40,474 nt of DNA, taken from a bacterium. GTDB lineage: Bacteria > Sysuimicrobiota > Sysuimicrobiia > Sysuimicrobiales > Humicultoraceae. This document shows, in pieces, positions 8,977 through 17,824 of this stretch (position 1 is its first letter; each line of letters opens with the position of its first letter). Both the position numbers and the translations under genes were made by a program. The notes beneath the pieces are model-generated. The model did not search any database and had not been told where the DNA came from. It saw nothing but the letters and a program-made list of their open reading frames with translations. The DNA is taken from NCBI GenBank assembly GCA_041486265.1, contig JBGPLF010000003.1, positions 1 to 40,474 on the forward strand. Direction: 5' to 3'.

Positions 8977-10296
8977 ATGGCGACCCTGGGCGCGCATCGA
9001 CTACAACTGCACCGCCTGGCGATCATCCTGCCGCTCTGTGTCGGCCTGACCTGGGCGCTGGGTACCTTTGTGGCGTCGCGGGATCCTGAATCGCTGCGCG
9101 CTGCCGTGATCCTGAGCCTGCTGGTGGTGGCCTCGCTCGTCATCTTCTGGTTTGTCGCACGATCTGATCCTGAAGGACCGATGCTGTTTGGTGTGCTCTT
9201 CTTGAGCCTGGCCCTGAAGCTCCTGGCCCTATACTTTCGCTTCTACGCCGGACTACTGGCGGACGCCGTTGTGTATAACAACGTTGGTCAAGACTATATG
9301 CGCATCCTGACCGCCGGGGGATGGCCGAACGTTCCGCGCCTCTCAGGAACCATTTTCGTGCGGCTCCTCACGGCCGTGTTCTACCTGTTCACCGGCCCGA
9401 CCTTTTACGGCATCAGCATGATGTGGGCCTGGCTTGGGCTGATCGGCATGTTGTTCTTCTACAAGGCCTTCGTCACGGCGTATCCCGAGGGCGACCGCCG
9501 GCTATACATGATCCTCATCTTCCTCTATCCTTCATTGCTGTTGTGGACGAGCAGCCTTGGCAAGGACGCGTTGATGATGCTGTTCGGAGGGATGGCGCTC
9601 TACGGGCTGTCCCGCCTGGGGAAGCGCGTCGATGTGATCGGCGTATGGTGGCTCACTGTGGGTCTGTTTGGCATGCTGGCCGTCCGGCCCCACATCGCCG
9701 CCATCTTCACGGTGGCGATGGCGATCTCCACTCTCGTCCGTCCGATGGGTACAGGGAGGATGAGCGGGGTCATCAGGGTCGTCGGATTGATCTTCTTTGC
9801 GAGCGTCGCGATCGGCGTGGCCGTGGTGGCGAGCCGCCTGGTCGGGCTGGACCGGCTTGACACTGAGGAAGTCTCGCAGTTCATCGGCGCACGCCAGGCG
9901 GGCACGGGCGAGCGCGCGGGTTCGGCCTTCACCCCGATCGACACGAGCAGCCCCGTGGGCCTGGCCCTCCTCATTCCCACGGTCCTCTTCCGGCCGTTTC
10001 CGTTTGAGGCGCACAACATGAATGCGCTGGTGGCCGCCATGGAAGGTCTGGGCCTGCTGGCCCTCATCCTCTATCGGTTCCGCAGCGTGAAGGCGGCGAT
10101 TCTGGGGGCGATGCACGACAGCATCCTGCTGCTGAGTGTGTTCTATGCGCTCATGTTCATCTACGTGTTCTCGGCGATCAGCAACTTTGGAATCATTGCG
10201 CGGCAGCGTGTCCAGGTTTTTCCGTTTGTGTTCATCTGGATCGCCTATTTGACCTATCGCCGGAGCCCACCGAGCACGCATGTCAGAAGCCGATAG
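8977..10296 (+). CDS. Polytopic membrane protein, candidate Wzy polymerase or GT-C-fold glycosyltransferase
   Basis: About 10-11 hydrophobic segments, an early 'AD..Y' loop, 'PSLLLWTSSLGKDAL', 'VRPH', 'RPFPFE' and 'NFGIIARQR'. Sits directly before the flippase. Start at ATG 8977. Confidence 0.65.
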   Translation: MATLGAHRLQLHRLAIILPLCVGLTWALGTFVASRDPESLRAAVILSLLVVASLVIFWFVARSDPEGPMLFGVLFLSLALKLLALYFRFYAGLLADAVVYNNVGQDYMRILTAGGWPNVPRLSGTIFVRLLTAVFYLFTGPTFYGISMMWAWLGLIGMLFFYKAFVTAYPEGDRRLYMILIFLYPSLLLWTSSLGKDALMMLFGGMALYGLSRLGKRVDVIGVWWLTVGLFGMLAVRPHIAAIFTVAMAISTLVRPMGTGRMSGVIRVVGLIFFASVAIGVAVVASRLVGLDRLDTEEVSQFIGARQAGTGERAGSAFTPIDTSSPVGLALLIPTVLFRPFPFEAHNMNALVAAMEGLGLLALILYRFRSVKAAILGAMHDSILLLSVFYALMFIYVFSAISNFGIIARQRVQVFPFVFIWIAYLTYRRSPPSTHVRSR

Positions 10297-10315
10297 CGTT
10301 TATTCCGGAGGTTGA

Positions 10316-11806
10316 ATGATGCCCCGATTGCGGACAGTGGCCATTCAAGGGATGTTATGGCTGGGTGGCCAGCGTATTGGTGTTCGAATCATCGACCAGC
10401 TGTTTACCATCGTCCTGGTTCGGCTGCTTGCCCCCCGTGACTTCGGCCTCCTGGCCATGGCGTCGGTGTTCTCGGGAATCCTGACACTGTTTGCCCTCTC
10501 GGGCATCACCGGGGCGATCGTGCAGCGAAAGGAGATCGACGACGAGTATATCTCGACGGCCTTTTGGGCAAACTTCGCGACCGGATGTCTCCTCTTCTGC
10601 GCCGCGGCGGTGGGGAGCCGGTTCTTCGGCGCCTTTCTGAGAGAACCGCTGGCTGGCACGATCGTGATCGTCCTGTCGCTGCGCTTCGTTTTTGATGGCA
10701 TCGCCAGCACACAGGCAGCGATCATCACGCGGCGGCTGCAATACCGGGCGCTGTCGCTGCGCCCGCTATTCGGGACGCTCGCCGGCGGGATTATCGGTCT
10801 GGTGATGGCCTACAGGGGAATGGGCGTCTGGGCGCTCGTCGGGCAGACGCTTGCGGCGAGCGTCGTCGGCGCGATCGCGCTGCAGGTCGTGGGAGGATTC
10901 TGGCCGAGGTTCGTCTTCTCGCGGGCGAAGTTCAAGGATATCTGGTCGTTTGGGGGCCCCTTGATGCTGGCGCGGCTGTTCGGGTATGCCGTCCGGAACA
11001 CCGACAATCTCCTGATCGGCCGGTTCCTGGGCTCGGCCGCCCTGGGCACATACGCGCTCGCGTACGCGGTCTTTCTGCTGCCGATTGTCGATATCGGGTT
11101 TCCGATGAGCCAGGTGATGTTTGCGACCCTGGCCAGGATGCAGGATGATGCCGATCGGCTGAAGCGCGGCTTCCTGCTCGCGACGCGATACATCACGATG
11201 ATCGCGCTCCCCATGATGGTGGGGCTGTCCATTGTTGCGCCGCTGATGGTCGACCTCGTCTTTGGCGCGAAGTGGCAGGCGGCGGCCCCTGTCATGCGGC
11301 TGCTGGCCCTGGGAGGGTTTCTGCAGTTGATGATGGCCCTGGGGCCGAGCGCGCTGCAGGCAGTCGGGCGCACGGATCTGCACATGCGGTGGGCGTTCCT
11401 GTCGCTCGTCCTCTATCTTCCCGCATTTGCCATAGGGCTGCGATGGGGGATCAACGGTGTCGCAGCCGGGTACCTGGTCGCCACCGCGATCCTGGCGCCG
11501 GTCCAGTGGGGATTTGTGGCCCGGGTCATGGGTGTGCGAGTCAGGGAGCTGTGGGAGGCGATCAACCCCTCGGTCGTTGGGTGCGCGGTCATGACGGTGG
11601 TCGTGCTGCTGGCGCACGTACTGCTCGGCGACCTTCACACGCCGCGCGTCGTCGTACTGGTCGCCCTCGTCTTGATCGGCGCCGGGGCGTATGGGGCCGT
11701 GATGTGGACCATGCAGCGCCAGGCCGTGCTGCGGCTTGTTCGGATGGTGGGCGAGCTGCGCCCGGCTCCGGCGCGATCGCGCCTGCGAAAGGCTGAAGAG
11801 GTCTAG
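10316..11806 (+). CDS. wzx: Wzx (WzxC/PST-type) oligosaccharide flippase
   Basis: 'LVRLLAPRDFGLLAM', 'AIVQRKE', 'GMGVWALV', 'DNLLIGRFLGSAALGTY' and 'FGAKW'. About 12-14 transmembrane segments; strong GGAGG RBS. Confidence 0.9.
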   Translation: MMPRLRTVAIQGMLWLGGQRIGVRIIDQLFTIVLVRLLAPRDFGLLAMASVFSGILTLFALSGITGAIVQRKEIDDEYISTAFWANFATGCLLFCAAAVGSRFFGAFLREPLAGTIVIVLSLRFVFDGIASTQAAIITRRLQYRALSLRPLFGTLAGGIIGLVMAYRGMGVWALVGQTLAASVVGAIALQVVGGFWPRFVFSRAKFKDIWSFGGPLMLARLFGYAVRNTDNLLIGRFLGSAALGTYALAYAVFLLPIVDIGFPMSQVMFATLARMQDDADRLKRGFLLATRYITMIALPMMVGLSIVAPLMVDLVFGAKWQAAAPVMRLLALGGFLQLMMALGPSALQAVGRTDLHMRWAFLSLVLYLPAFAIGLRWGINGVAAGYLVATAILAPVQWGFVARVMGVRVRELWEAINPSVVGCAVMTVVVLLAHVLLGDLHTPRVVVLVALVLIGAGAYGAVMWTMQRQAVLRLVRMVGELRPAPARSRLRKAEEV

Positions 11807-11825
11807 TGCCTCTGGCATCGCGCAG

Positions 11826-13013
11826 ATGACACGTTCCGACCGACCGACCATCCTGCACGTTCTCGACGATCTGGACACCGGTGGCTCGGAGCGGCAGTTG
11901 GTGACGTTCCTCCTGCGCACCAACCGGGAGCGGTTGAGGCACGAGGTGTGTGCCCTCTGTGAGGGAGGACGGTTCGCCACCGAACTGGAGCGCGCCGGGA
12001 TCCCGGTGCACATTCTGGGGCTGCGCGCGAGCAGGGATCTGGCCCGATCGGTTCAGCACTTGTGGCGGCTCGTCCGGGACGTCGACCCAGACGTCCTTCA
12101 CGCGACGCTGTTCCGCCCGGGCGTCGTCAGCCGGATCGTCGGGCGATTGAGCGGTAAACCCGTCGTGACCTCGCTGGTGAACACGACCTACGAGCCGGAA
12201 TGGTTCATGGACAATCCGCGCCTGCGACCCTGGAAGGTGTGGGTCGCCCGCACGATCGATGGCGTCACCGCCAGATGGTGGGGAACCAGGTTTGTGGCGC
12301 TAAACGAGAGCGTGAAGACCTCTGCCGTTCACCAGCTGGGCCTGTCGCCAGAGGTCATTTGCGTGATCCCGCGTGGGTTGTCGTTCAACGGGCACCCCGC
12401 GCTAGAGGACGCCGACGTGGCATCACTCCGGTCAGCCTTTGGGTGGGCCGATGCCTACCCGGTGATCCTCAATGTGGCGCGGCTGGTGCCCCAAAAGGGA
12501 CAGCAATACGCTGTGCTGGCGATGAAGGATGTCGTCCGGCAGTTCCCGAGCGCGCGGCTGGTCATCGCGGGCGAAGGATGGCTGCGCCCGTCCCTGGAGC
12601 AACTGGCCCGGGAACAGGGGCTCAGCGAACACGTGGTGCTGCTGGGGGATCGGGGGGACGTGGCCTCGCTGCTCCGCGCCGCGGATATCTTTTTGTTTCC
12701 GTCCCTATATGAAGGTGCGGGGAATGCCCTCGTTGAGGCCATGGCGATGGGGAAGCCGTGCGTGGTGAGCCGGATCCCGACGATGTGCGAGGTCACGGGA
12801 GATGGCAAGGTCGCTCTCCTGACCGACCTGCGGTCTCCGGAGAGTCTGGCGGTGAACGTGCTTCGGCTGGCGGCAGATCGAGCCCTGGCGTCGAAACTCG
12901 GCGCGGACGCGCGTGCGTGGGTGTGGGATCGCCACAGCATCGAGCGAAGCGTCGCGGCACTCGAGTCGCTGTACGATGCAATGCTCTCCGGGAGTCCTCG
13001 GTGGAGCACATAG
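11826..13013 (+). CDS. GT4 family glycosyltransferase
   Basis: 'LDTGGSERQL', 'VARLVPQKG' and 'PSLYEGAGNALVEAMAMGKP'. Start at in-frame ATG 11826, after the wzx stop. Confidence 0.92.
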   Translation: MTRSDRPTILHVLDDLDTGGSERQLVTFLLRTNRERLRHEVCALCEGGRFATELERAGIPVHILGLRASRDLARSVQHLWRLVRDVDPDVLHATLFRPGVVSRIVGRLSGKPVVTSLVNTTYEPEWFMDNPRLRPWKVWVARTIDGVTARWWGTRFVALNESVKTSAVHQLGLSPEVICVIPRGLSFNGHPALEDADVASLRSAFGWADAYPVILNVARLVPQKGQQYAVLAMKDVVRQFPSARLVIAGEGWLRPSLEQLAREQGLSEHVVLLGDRGDVASLLRAADIFLFPSLYEGAGNALVEAMAMGKPCVVSRIPTMCEVTGDGKVALLTDLRSPESLAVNVLRLAADRALASKLGADARAWVWDRHSIERSVAALESLYDAMLSGSPRWST

Positions 13014-14086
13014 GCTACCCGGTCTGCAAGCTTTTCCGCGGCAGGAGCCTGCGCATCGTGGTTGAGCGTGCGGCGGATGTCGTCCTGAGGGCGACGGGAC
13101 TGCTGGCGGTGCTTCGACGCCTTGATCTCCGCAACGGCCAGGTCCTGCGAGTCCTGGCTTACCACAGGGTGGTCGATTGGAAACGCGATCTGCCAGACGG
13201 CGATCCCGACGTTGTCAGTGCGACGCCCGAGGCGTTCGCGGAGCAAATGCGATTGCTCGCCCGGCATTACGAGCCCATCAGCGGGTTCGACCTGGAGGTC
13301 AGTCTGGCCGGGATCAGGCCACTCCCGCGGCGCGCCGTACTGGTGACGTTTGACGATGGCTATCGGGACTTTCGCACCCATGCCTGGCCCGCCCTTATGG
13401 CCAATGGGGTTCCGGCCGTCGTATTCGTGTCCACCGCCTATCCGGATGCCCGGCGGCTATTCTGGTGGGACGAACTGTGGCAGATGGTGTCACGCTCGAC
13501 CGCGACCAAGATCATGCTGGGCGGTACCGGCGTCGATTTGCGCGCGCGTAGGGGGCGCCACGCGGTCATGGCGGTTCTGCGGACAGAGATGCGGCCGATG
13601 GCCCTTTCCATGGTTCGTCAGCGCCTGGACGAGATTCGCGGGGCATTAGGGGTGTCGGTGGCCCCGACGTCCGTCGTGCTCGGATGGGACGAGCTGCGCG
13701 CGCTGGCGAAGGACGGCGCCACCATCGCCTCGCATGGCCGCGCGCATGCCTCGATGCCATCTCTCACAGAGCAGGAGATTGCCGAGGAGATCGACGGGTC
13801 GCTGGCGGACCTGAAGCGAGAGCTCAATGTGACACCGCGAATTTTCGCCTATCCGTTCGGCCACCATGATCAGCGCACGGCGGCCATCCTCAAGGCCCGA
13901 GGGTTCGTAGCGGCTTTCAGCACAGGATATGGTCCCAGCGCGGTCCCGTTTGCGGATCCTTTCTCGATTTCGCGGCAGAGCGTGAACGCCGGGCACTCAT
14001 TCAGCCGGGTGCAGCTTGGCCTCTCGGGATTCTACCCCCGGCCGATAGGGCGCCTGCTGTCGCTCCTCAGGTCGCGTGTATCGTGA
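13001..14086 (+). CDS. Polysaccharide deacetylase (CE4/NodB fold)
   Basis: 'LAYHRV', 'VTFDDGY', 'SHGRAH' and 'FAYPFG'. Start at GTG 13001 after GGGAG. Confidence 0.9.
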   Translation: MEHIGYPVCKLFRGRSLRIVVERAADVVLRATGLLAVLRRLDLRNGQVLRVLAYHRVVDWKRDLPDGDPDVVSATPEAFAEQMRLLARHYEPISGFDLEVSLAGIRPLPRRAVLVTFDDGYRDFRTHAWPALMANGVPAVVFVSTAYPDARRLFWWDELWQMVSRSTATKIMLGGTGVDLRARRGRHAVMAVLRTEMRPMALSMVRQRLDEIRGALGVSVAPTSVVLGWDELRALAKDGATIASHGRAHASMPSLTEQEIAEEIDGSLADLKRELNVTPRIFAYPFGHHDQRTAAILKARGFVAAFSTGYGPSAVPFADPFSISRQSVNAGHSFSRVQLGLSGFYPRPIGRLLSLLRSRVS

Positions 14087-15300
14087 GAGCCATGTCCACG
14101 GCTCGTAATCGTCACAGCGACGTCCCTGCCGTGAGGTCACAGGAGTACAGAATTGCGGTCGTGACCGGGCGGGAGGATTTGCACGCGCTGCGCGCAGAGT
14201 GGACAGATCTGCTGCTCGACTCACGGGATCCGAATGTCTTCATGTCTTGGGAATGGATGACAGCCTGGCAGCAGGAGTACCGTGGCCGGGGACGGCCGCA
14301 CGTTCTGCTCGCCCGGCGGGCGCAGGATGGGTTTCTGGTGGGCCTCGCCCCGTTGTACGAAACCGCCACACGGGCGCCGCTCGCGCTTCGGTCGATGGGT
14401 TTCATTGGAACGGGGGTCGGCGCGGACCACCTTGCGTTCATCCTACGACGTGACGAGGAGACGAGCGTCTTTGGCGCGCTCTCAGCCTATATGCTTTCGA
14501 CACAGGGATGGGATGCCTTAGACTTCCCCCGGATGGAAGAAGAGACCGCACGCCGGCTGGGAGACGCGGTCTCCCGGTCGGGACGCGGGAGGCTGGCCCG
14601 CTCATCCGAGCTGGCCGATCTTTGTCCGTACATCGCCCTGCCCGGGACATGGGAGGCGTACCTGCGCACCCTCAGCTCGAACGCGCGGAAAGATCTCGGG
14701 CGGCGGTCGCGCCGGCTCCAGGAACAGGGCGATGTGGTCATTCAGCGTGTGCAGGACGTGGGCGAGCTGGACAGCGCCTGGGAGATCTTCTTTCGCCTGC
14801 ATCGAGAACGCAGGCAGGCAGTCGGCGGGCGAAGCGCGTTCATGGCGGACCGTACGTGGGCTTTTCATAGGGCGTTCATGCGGACGGCGGCGGAGCGCGG
14901 GTGGCTCCGACTCTATCTCATGAAGGTCGGCGATCAGTACGTCGCCGCCGAGTACTGCGTGCACTTTGGCGGACGAGTCTCGGATCTTCAATGCGGTTTT
15001 GACATGCGGTGGTCGCGGTATGGCGTGGGGACGCTCCTGGTGGCACACGCGATCAGGGAGGCGATCGCGGAAGGCGCCACGGAGTACGATCTCCTGCGCG
15101 GCGGTGAAGAGTACAAGCAGCAGCGCTGGGCCGCGTCCCTCCGGAAGGACGTCTCACTGCTGATTTGGAGGCGGCAGCCCCGTGTGGCCATGCTTATCGC
15201 CGCCCGCAGGTGCGCGACAAAGATGAAAGCGCATCTGCGGCGGCGTCTGGCGAGCCACCACAGGCCCGACCCTGCAGCGGATCGCGAGGTACCCGCGTGA
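14083..15300 (+). CDS. CelD/BcsL-like GNAT-fold acyltransferase
   Basis: 'FMSWEW', 'VGLAPL', 'PGTWEAYLRTLSSNARKDL.R', 'YGVGTLL' and 'YDLLRGGEEYK..W'. Confidence 0.85.
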   Translation: MRAMSTARNRHSDVPAVRSQEYRIAVVTGREDLHALRAEWTDLLLDSRDPNVFMSWEWMTAWQQEYRGRGRPHVLLARRAQDGFLVGLAPLYETATRAPLALRSMGFIGTGVGADHLAFILRRDEETSVFGALSAYMLSTQGWDALDFPRMEEETARRLGDAVSRSGRGRLARSSELADLCPYIALPGTWEAYLRTLSSNARKDLGRRSRRLQEQGDVVIQRVQDVGELDSAWEIFFRLHRERRQAVGGRSAFMADRTWAFHRAFMRTAAERGWLRLYLMKVGDQYVAAEYCVHFGGRVSDLQCGFDMRWSRYGVGTLLVAHAIREAIAEGATEYDLLRGGEEYKQQRWAASLRKDVSLLIWRRQPRVAMLIAARRCATKMKAHLRRRLASHHRPDPAADREVPA

Positions 15301-16187
15301 GTTCTATCGTGCCCCAAGGGAGTTCTGTTTCGGAGCGTGTGCGACAGTGGGCGAGACGTCCTGTTCGCCTGGCCCGCCACCTCATCGCGATCAGGCGGAT
15401 CGCTGTCAACTGGCCGAGTTGGGCTCTGCGTCGCGTGCTCATTTCCCTCGTCCGCGTGCCGTGCGTGGTCATCACCAGGGGCGGATCGAAGTTTCACCTG
15501 GGCGGTGACCCGATGGACGATCTTATCCTGATCGGGCTGGGCGACATTTACGAGGCATCCTACTTCCCCGAGCTTCCGGAGCCCTTTGCGGACGGGAGTC
15601 TGGTCGTGGACGTTGGCGCGCACCATGGGTTCTATACTGTTGAGGCCCTGTGTCGATATCCTGGAGCCCGGATGATTGCCGTGGAGCCTGACCCGGCTGG
15701 GTGCCGGATCATCGACGAGCAGTTGGCGGTGAACGGTTTGCAGGAAAGGGCGGAGATCGTCGAGGGATGTCTTGGACGCGAGGCCGGCAGCGTGTTCCTC
15801 GAGTTTGATCCCGAAGCCTCGACTGCCAACAGGACGGTTCCGTTGGACGGCGCGCATGCCCCTGGGGACAAGGCCGGTACCGTGGTGCGCGTCGTCCCGG
15901 TTGAGGACGTGCTCAAGGGGCGAATGCCTTACTTGGTGAAGTGCAACGCGCAGGGCGCCGAGTTTGAATTGTTTCCCCTGCTGTTTTCCCGCGGGATCTT
16001 CCCGAAGGTTGTGGTGCTGGAAGCGCATCCAGAGTACGGATTGATGCCCGATCTGCTCAGGACCTTTGAAGAGGCTGGCTACGAGAACCGCCCCACCAGG
16101 CTGAGCGCGAGGATTCCCCGGTTTTGCTTTTGGCGACGAACTGTGAAGCGTAATCGATCAGGGAGCACTGGCGATGCGACTGCCTAG
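15297..16187 (+). CDS. FkbM family SAM-dependent methyltransferase
   Basis: 'VVDVGAHHGFY' (SAM motif I), 'AVEPDP' and 'LVKCNAQGAE'. Start at GTG 15297 (GAGGT RBS, GTGA overlap). Confidence 0.82.
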   Translation: MSSIVPQGSSVSERVRQWARRPVRLARHLIAIRRIAVNWPSWALRRVLISLVRVPCVVITRGGSKFHLGGDPMDDLILIGLGDIYEASYFPELPEPFADGSLVVDVGAHHGFYTVEALCRYPGARMIAVEPDPAGCRIIDEQLAVNGLQERAEIVEGCLGREAGSVFLEFDPEASTANRTVPLDGAHAPGDKAGTVVRVVPVEDVLKGRMPYLVKCNAQGAEFELFPLLFSRGIFPKVVVLEAHPEYGLMPDLLRTFEEAGYENRPTRLSARIPRFCFWRRTVKRNRSGSTGDATA

Positions 16188-17736
16188 AGTCGTGCGGCAA
16201 GTAGGCAATGCCGGGATCCTCCAGTTGGATCGGCTGGTCTTCACGGTGAGTCATGCGGTCGACCGGCGGAGAGGTCAGGCGGACGGGCAGGAACCTCGGC
16301 CGCTTGGGTTTCGAATTGCGCGGACCTATCGTTTCCCGTATGTCGATCGGGTGACGATGCCCGCGCCCATCGCGGACTGGCTGGCACGACGGGGGGCCAG
16401 AAACAAACGGCTGCGCGCCGAACCGGCGATCGACGGGCTCAAGACATGGGACCATCGTCGCCACGGTCCCGCCCCGTGGATGCAGTTCTTCTACGATTGG
16501 CGTTTCGGCGACCTATTCGGAACGGGAGAGCTCGATCTCTTGCTCACCTGCGGCGCCTTCCGCCAGGCCGCTTACAAGGCCAGCGGTGAGCTCGTCTGGC
16601 AGTACGAGGACCAGAACGCCGGATACATGGATATCCGCCTGGATAGCAACTTCCCCATCGCCGACATCGATGCGGACGGGCGCGCCGAAGCCGTCCTTCC
16701 GCGCAAACTGGGAGACCGTCTTCATCTGTGCGTGATCGACGCGGCGACCGGTCAGGTACGGCAATCGATTCCCTATCCGGGTCTTGAAAGCCGCCGGGAT
16801 CTCCGGAGCTCGGTCACAGTCGTGAACACCAGAGGCACGTCAAGGCCCTCCGAGCTCCTTGTCGGATGGGATTACAGTGGAGTGTTTCTCCTCGATTCGA
16901 GCCTGAACTTGCTCTGGGAGCGGGACATCCATCAACATCCGCAACGGCGCCACGATACGATGGGCCACACCCCGCGGGCCTTCGACCTTGACGGAGATGG
17001 CCGCGATGAAATCCTGGCGGGCTCCACTCTCCTCTCGCCGGACGGCCAGGTCCTGTGGGTGGCCCCCGATCTCCCGGCGCTGATGCAAGATGGGCACTGC
17101 GATAGTCCGCTCGCGGTCGACTGGCGCGGAGACGGCCACCTGTCGCTGTTCATGAGCACAGGCGGGTACTGCTTCGCGCGAAAGGCGACAAGCGGGGCAC
17201 ATCGCCCTGCCGATCATGACTGGCAGCTCGTCTGGAGCCTGGACGGGGCCGTTTCCCATGGCCAGGCCGCCCGTGTGGCCAGGTTGCTCCCCGATGTCCC
17301 GGGGCAGCAGGTGGTGCTGTACGACAATGTCAACCGGCGGTTTCCATGGCGGCCGGACGTGGTCTGGGCACTGGCAGCGGACGGATCGGTGCTGTGGCGC
17401 CGCGAGTTCTTCGGGCCGCACATGCAGGAAGGGGGCTTCGGGTTCTGGGTGGGCGATTGGGACGGCGACGCCCTTGATGAGGTCCTGGTCAACGACCTTG
17501 AGCGAGTCCATGTCTTGCGCGGCCGGACGGGCGAGACGCTGGGGACACTGCCCGGACACCTCGTCTATGCCTTCGACCTTGTTGGGGACAACCGTCCCGA
17601 AGCGATCGTGGTGGATACGTTAGGGCCCGAGCAGCATCTCCTGATTCTGGAAAATGCCGATCTCCACCCCAAGAACGCCGTCGTCATCCAACGCCGGATT
17701 GCGGATCCCAGTATGTACAATTGTACCCGCTATTGA
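16174..17736 (+). CDS. FG-GAP/Ca-blade beta-propeller protein, similar to rhamnogalacturonan lyase PL11
   Basis: Repeated DxDxDG loops (DIDADGRAE, DLDGDGRDE, DWRGDG, DWDGDALDE) and 'GH...FDLDGDGRDEIL.G...DG...GHCD', which recalls PL11 YesW/YesX. Confidence 0.6.
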   Translation: MRLPRVVRQVGNAGILQLDRLVFTVSHAVDRRRGQADGQEPRPLGFRIARTYRFPYVDRVTMPAPIADWLARRGARNKRLRAEPAIDGLKTWDHRRHGPAPWMQFFYDWRFGDLFGTGELDLLLTCGAFRQAAYKASGELVWQYEDQNAGYMDIRLDSNFPIADIDADGRAEAVLPRKLGDRLHLCVIDAATGQVRQSIPYPGLESRRDLRSSVTVVNTRGTSRPSELLVGWDYSGVFLLDSSLNLLWERDIHQHPQRRHDTMGHTPRAFDLDGDGRDEILAGSTLLSPDGQVLWVAPDLPALMQDGHCDSPLAVDWRGDGHLSLFMSTGGYCFARKATSGAHRPADHDWQLVWSLDGAVSHGQAARVARLLPDVPGQQVVLYDNVNRRFPWRPDVVWALAADGSVLWRREFFGPHMQEGGFGFWVGDWDGDALDEVLVNDLERVHVLRGRTGETLGTLPGHLVYAFDLVGDNRPEAIVVDTLGPEQHLLILENADLHPKNAVVIQRRIADPSMYNCTRY

Positions 17737-17824
17737 GGCGTGAGTTCGACGAGTTGGAGGCTAGAAAGGAATCGCGACAGATGATGAAGACCGATGAGCA
17801 GCGTGTCGTTGCGGTGACGACTCC

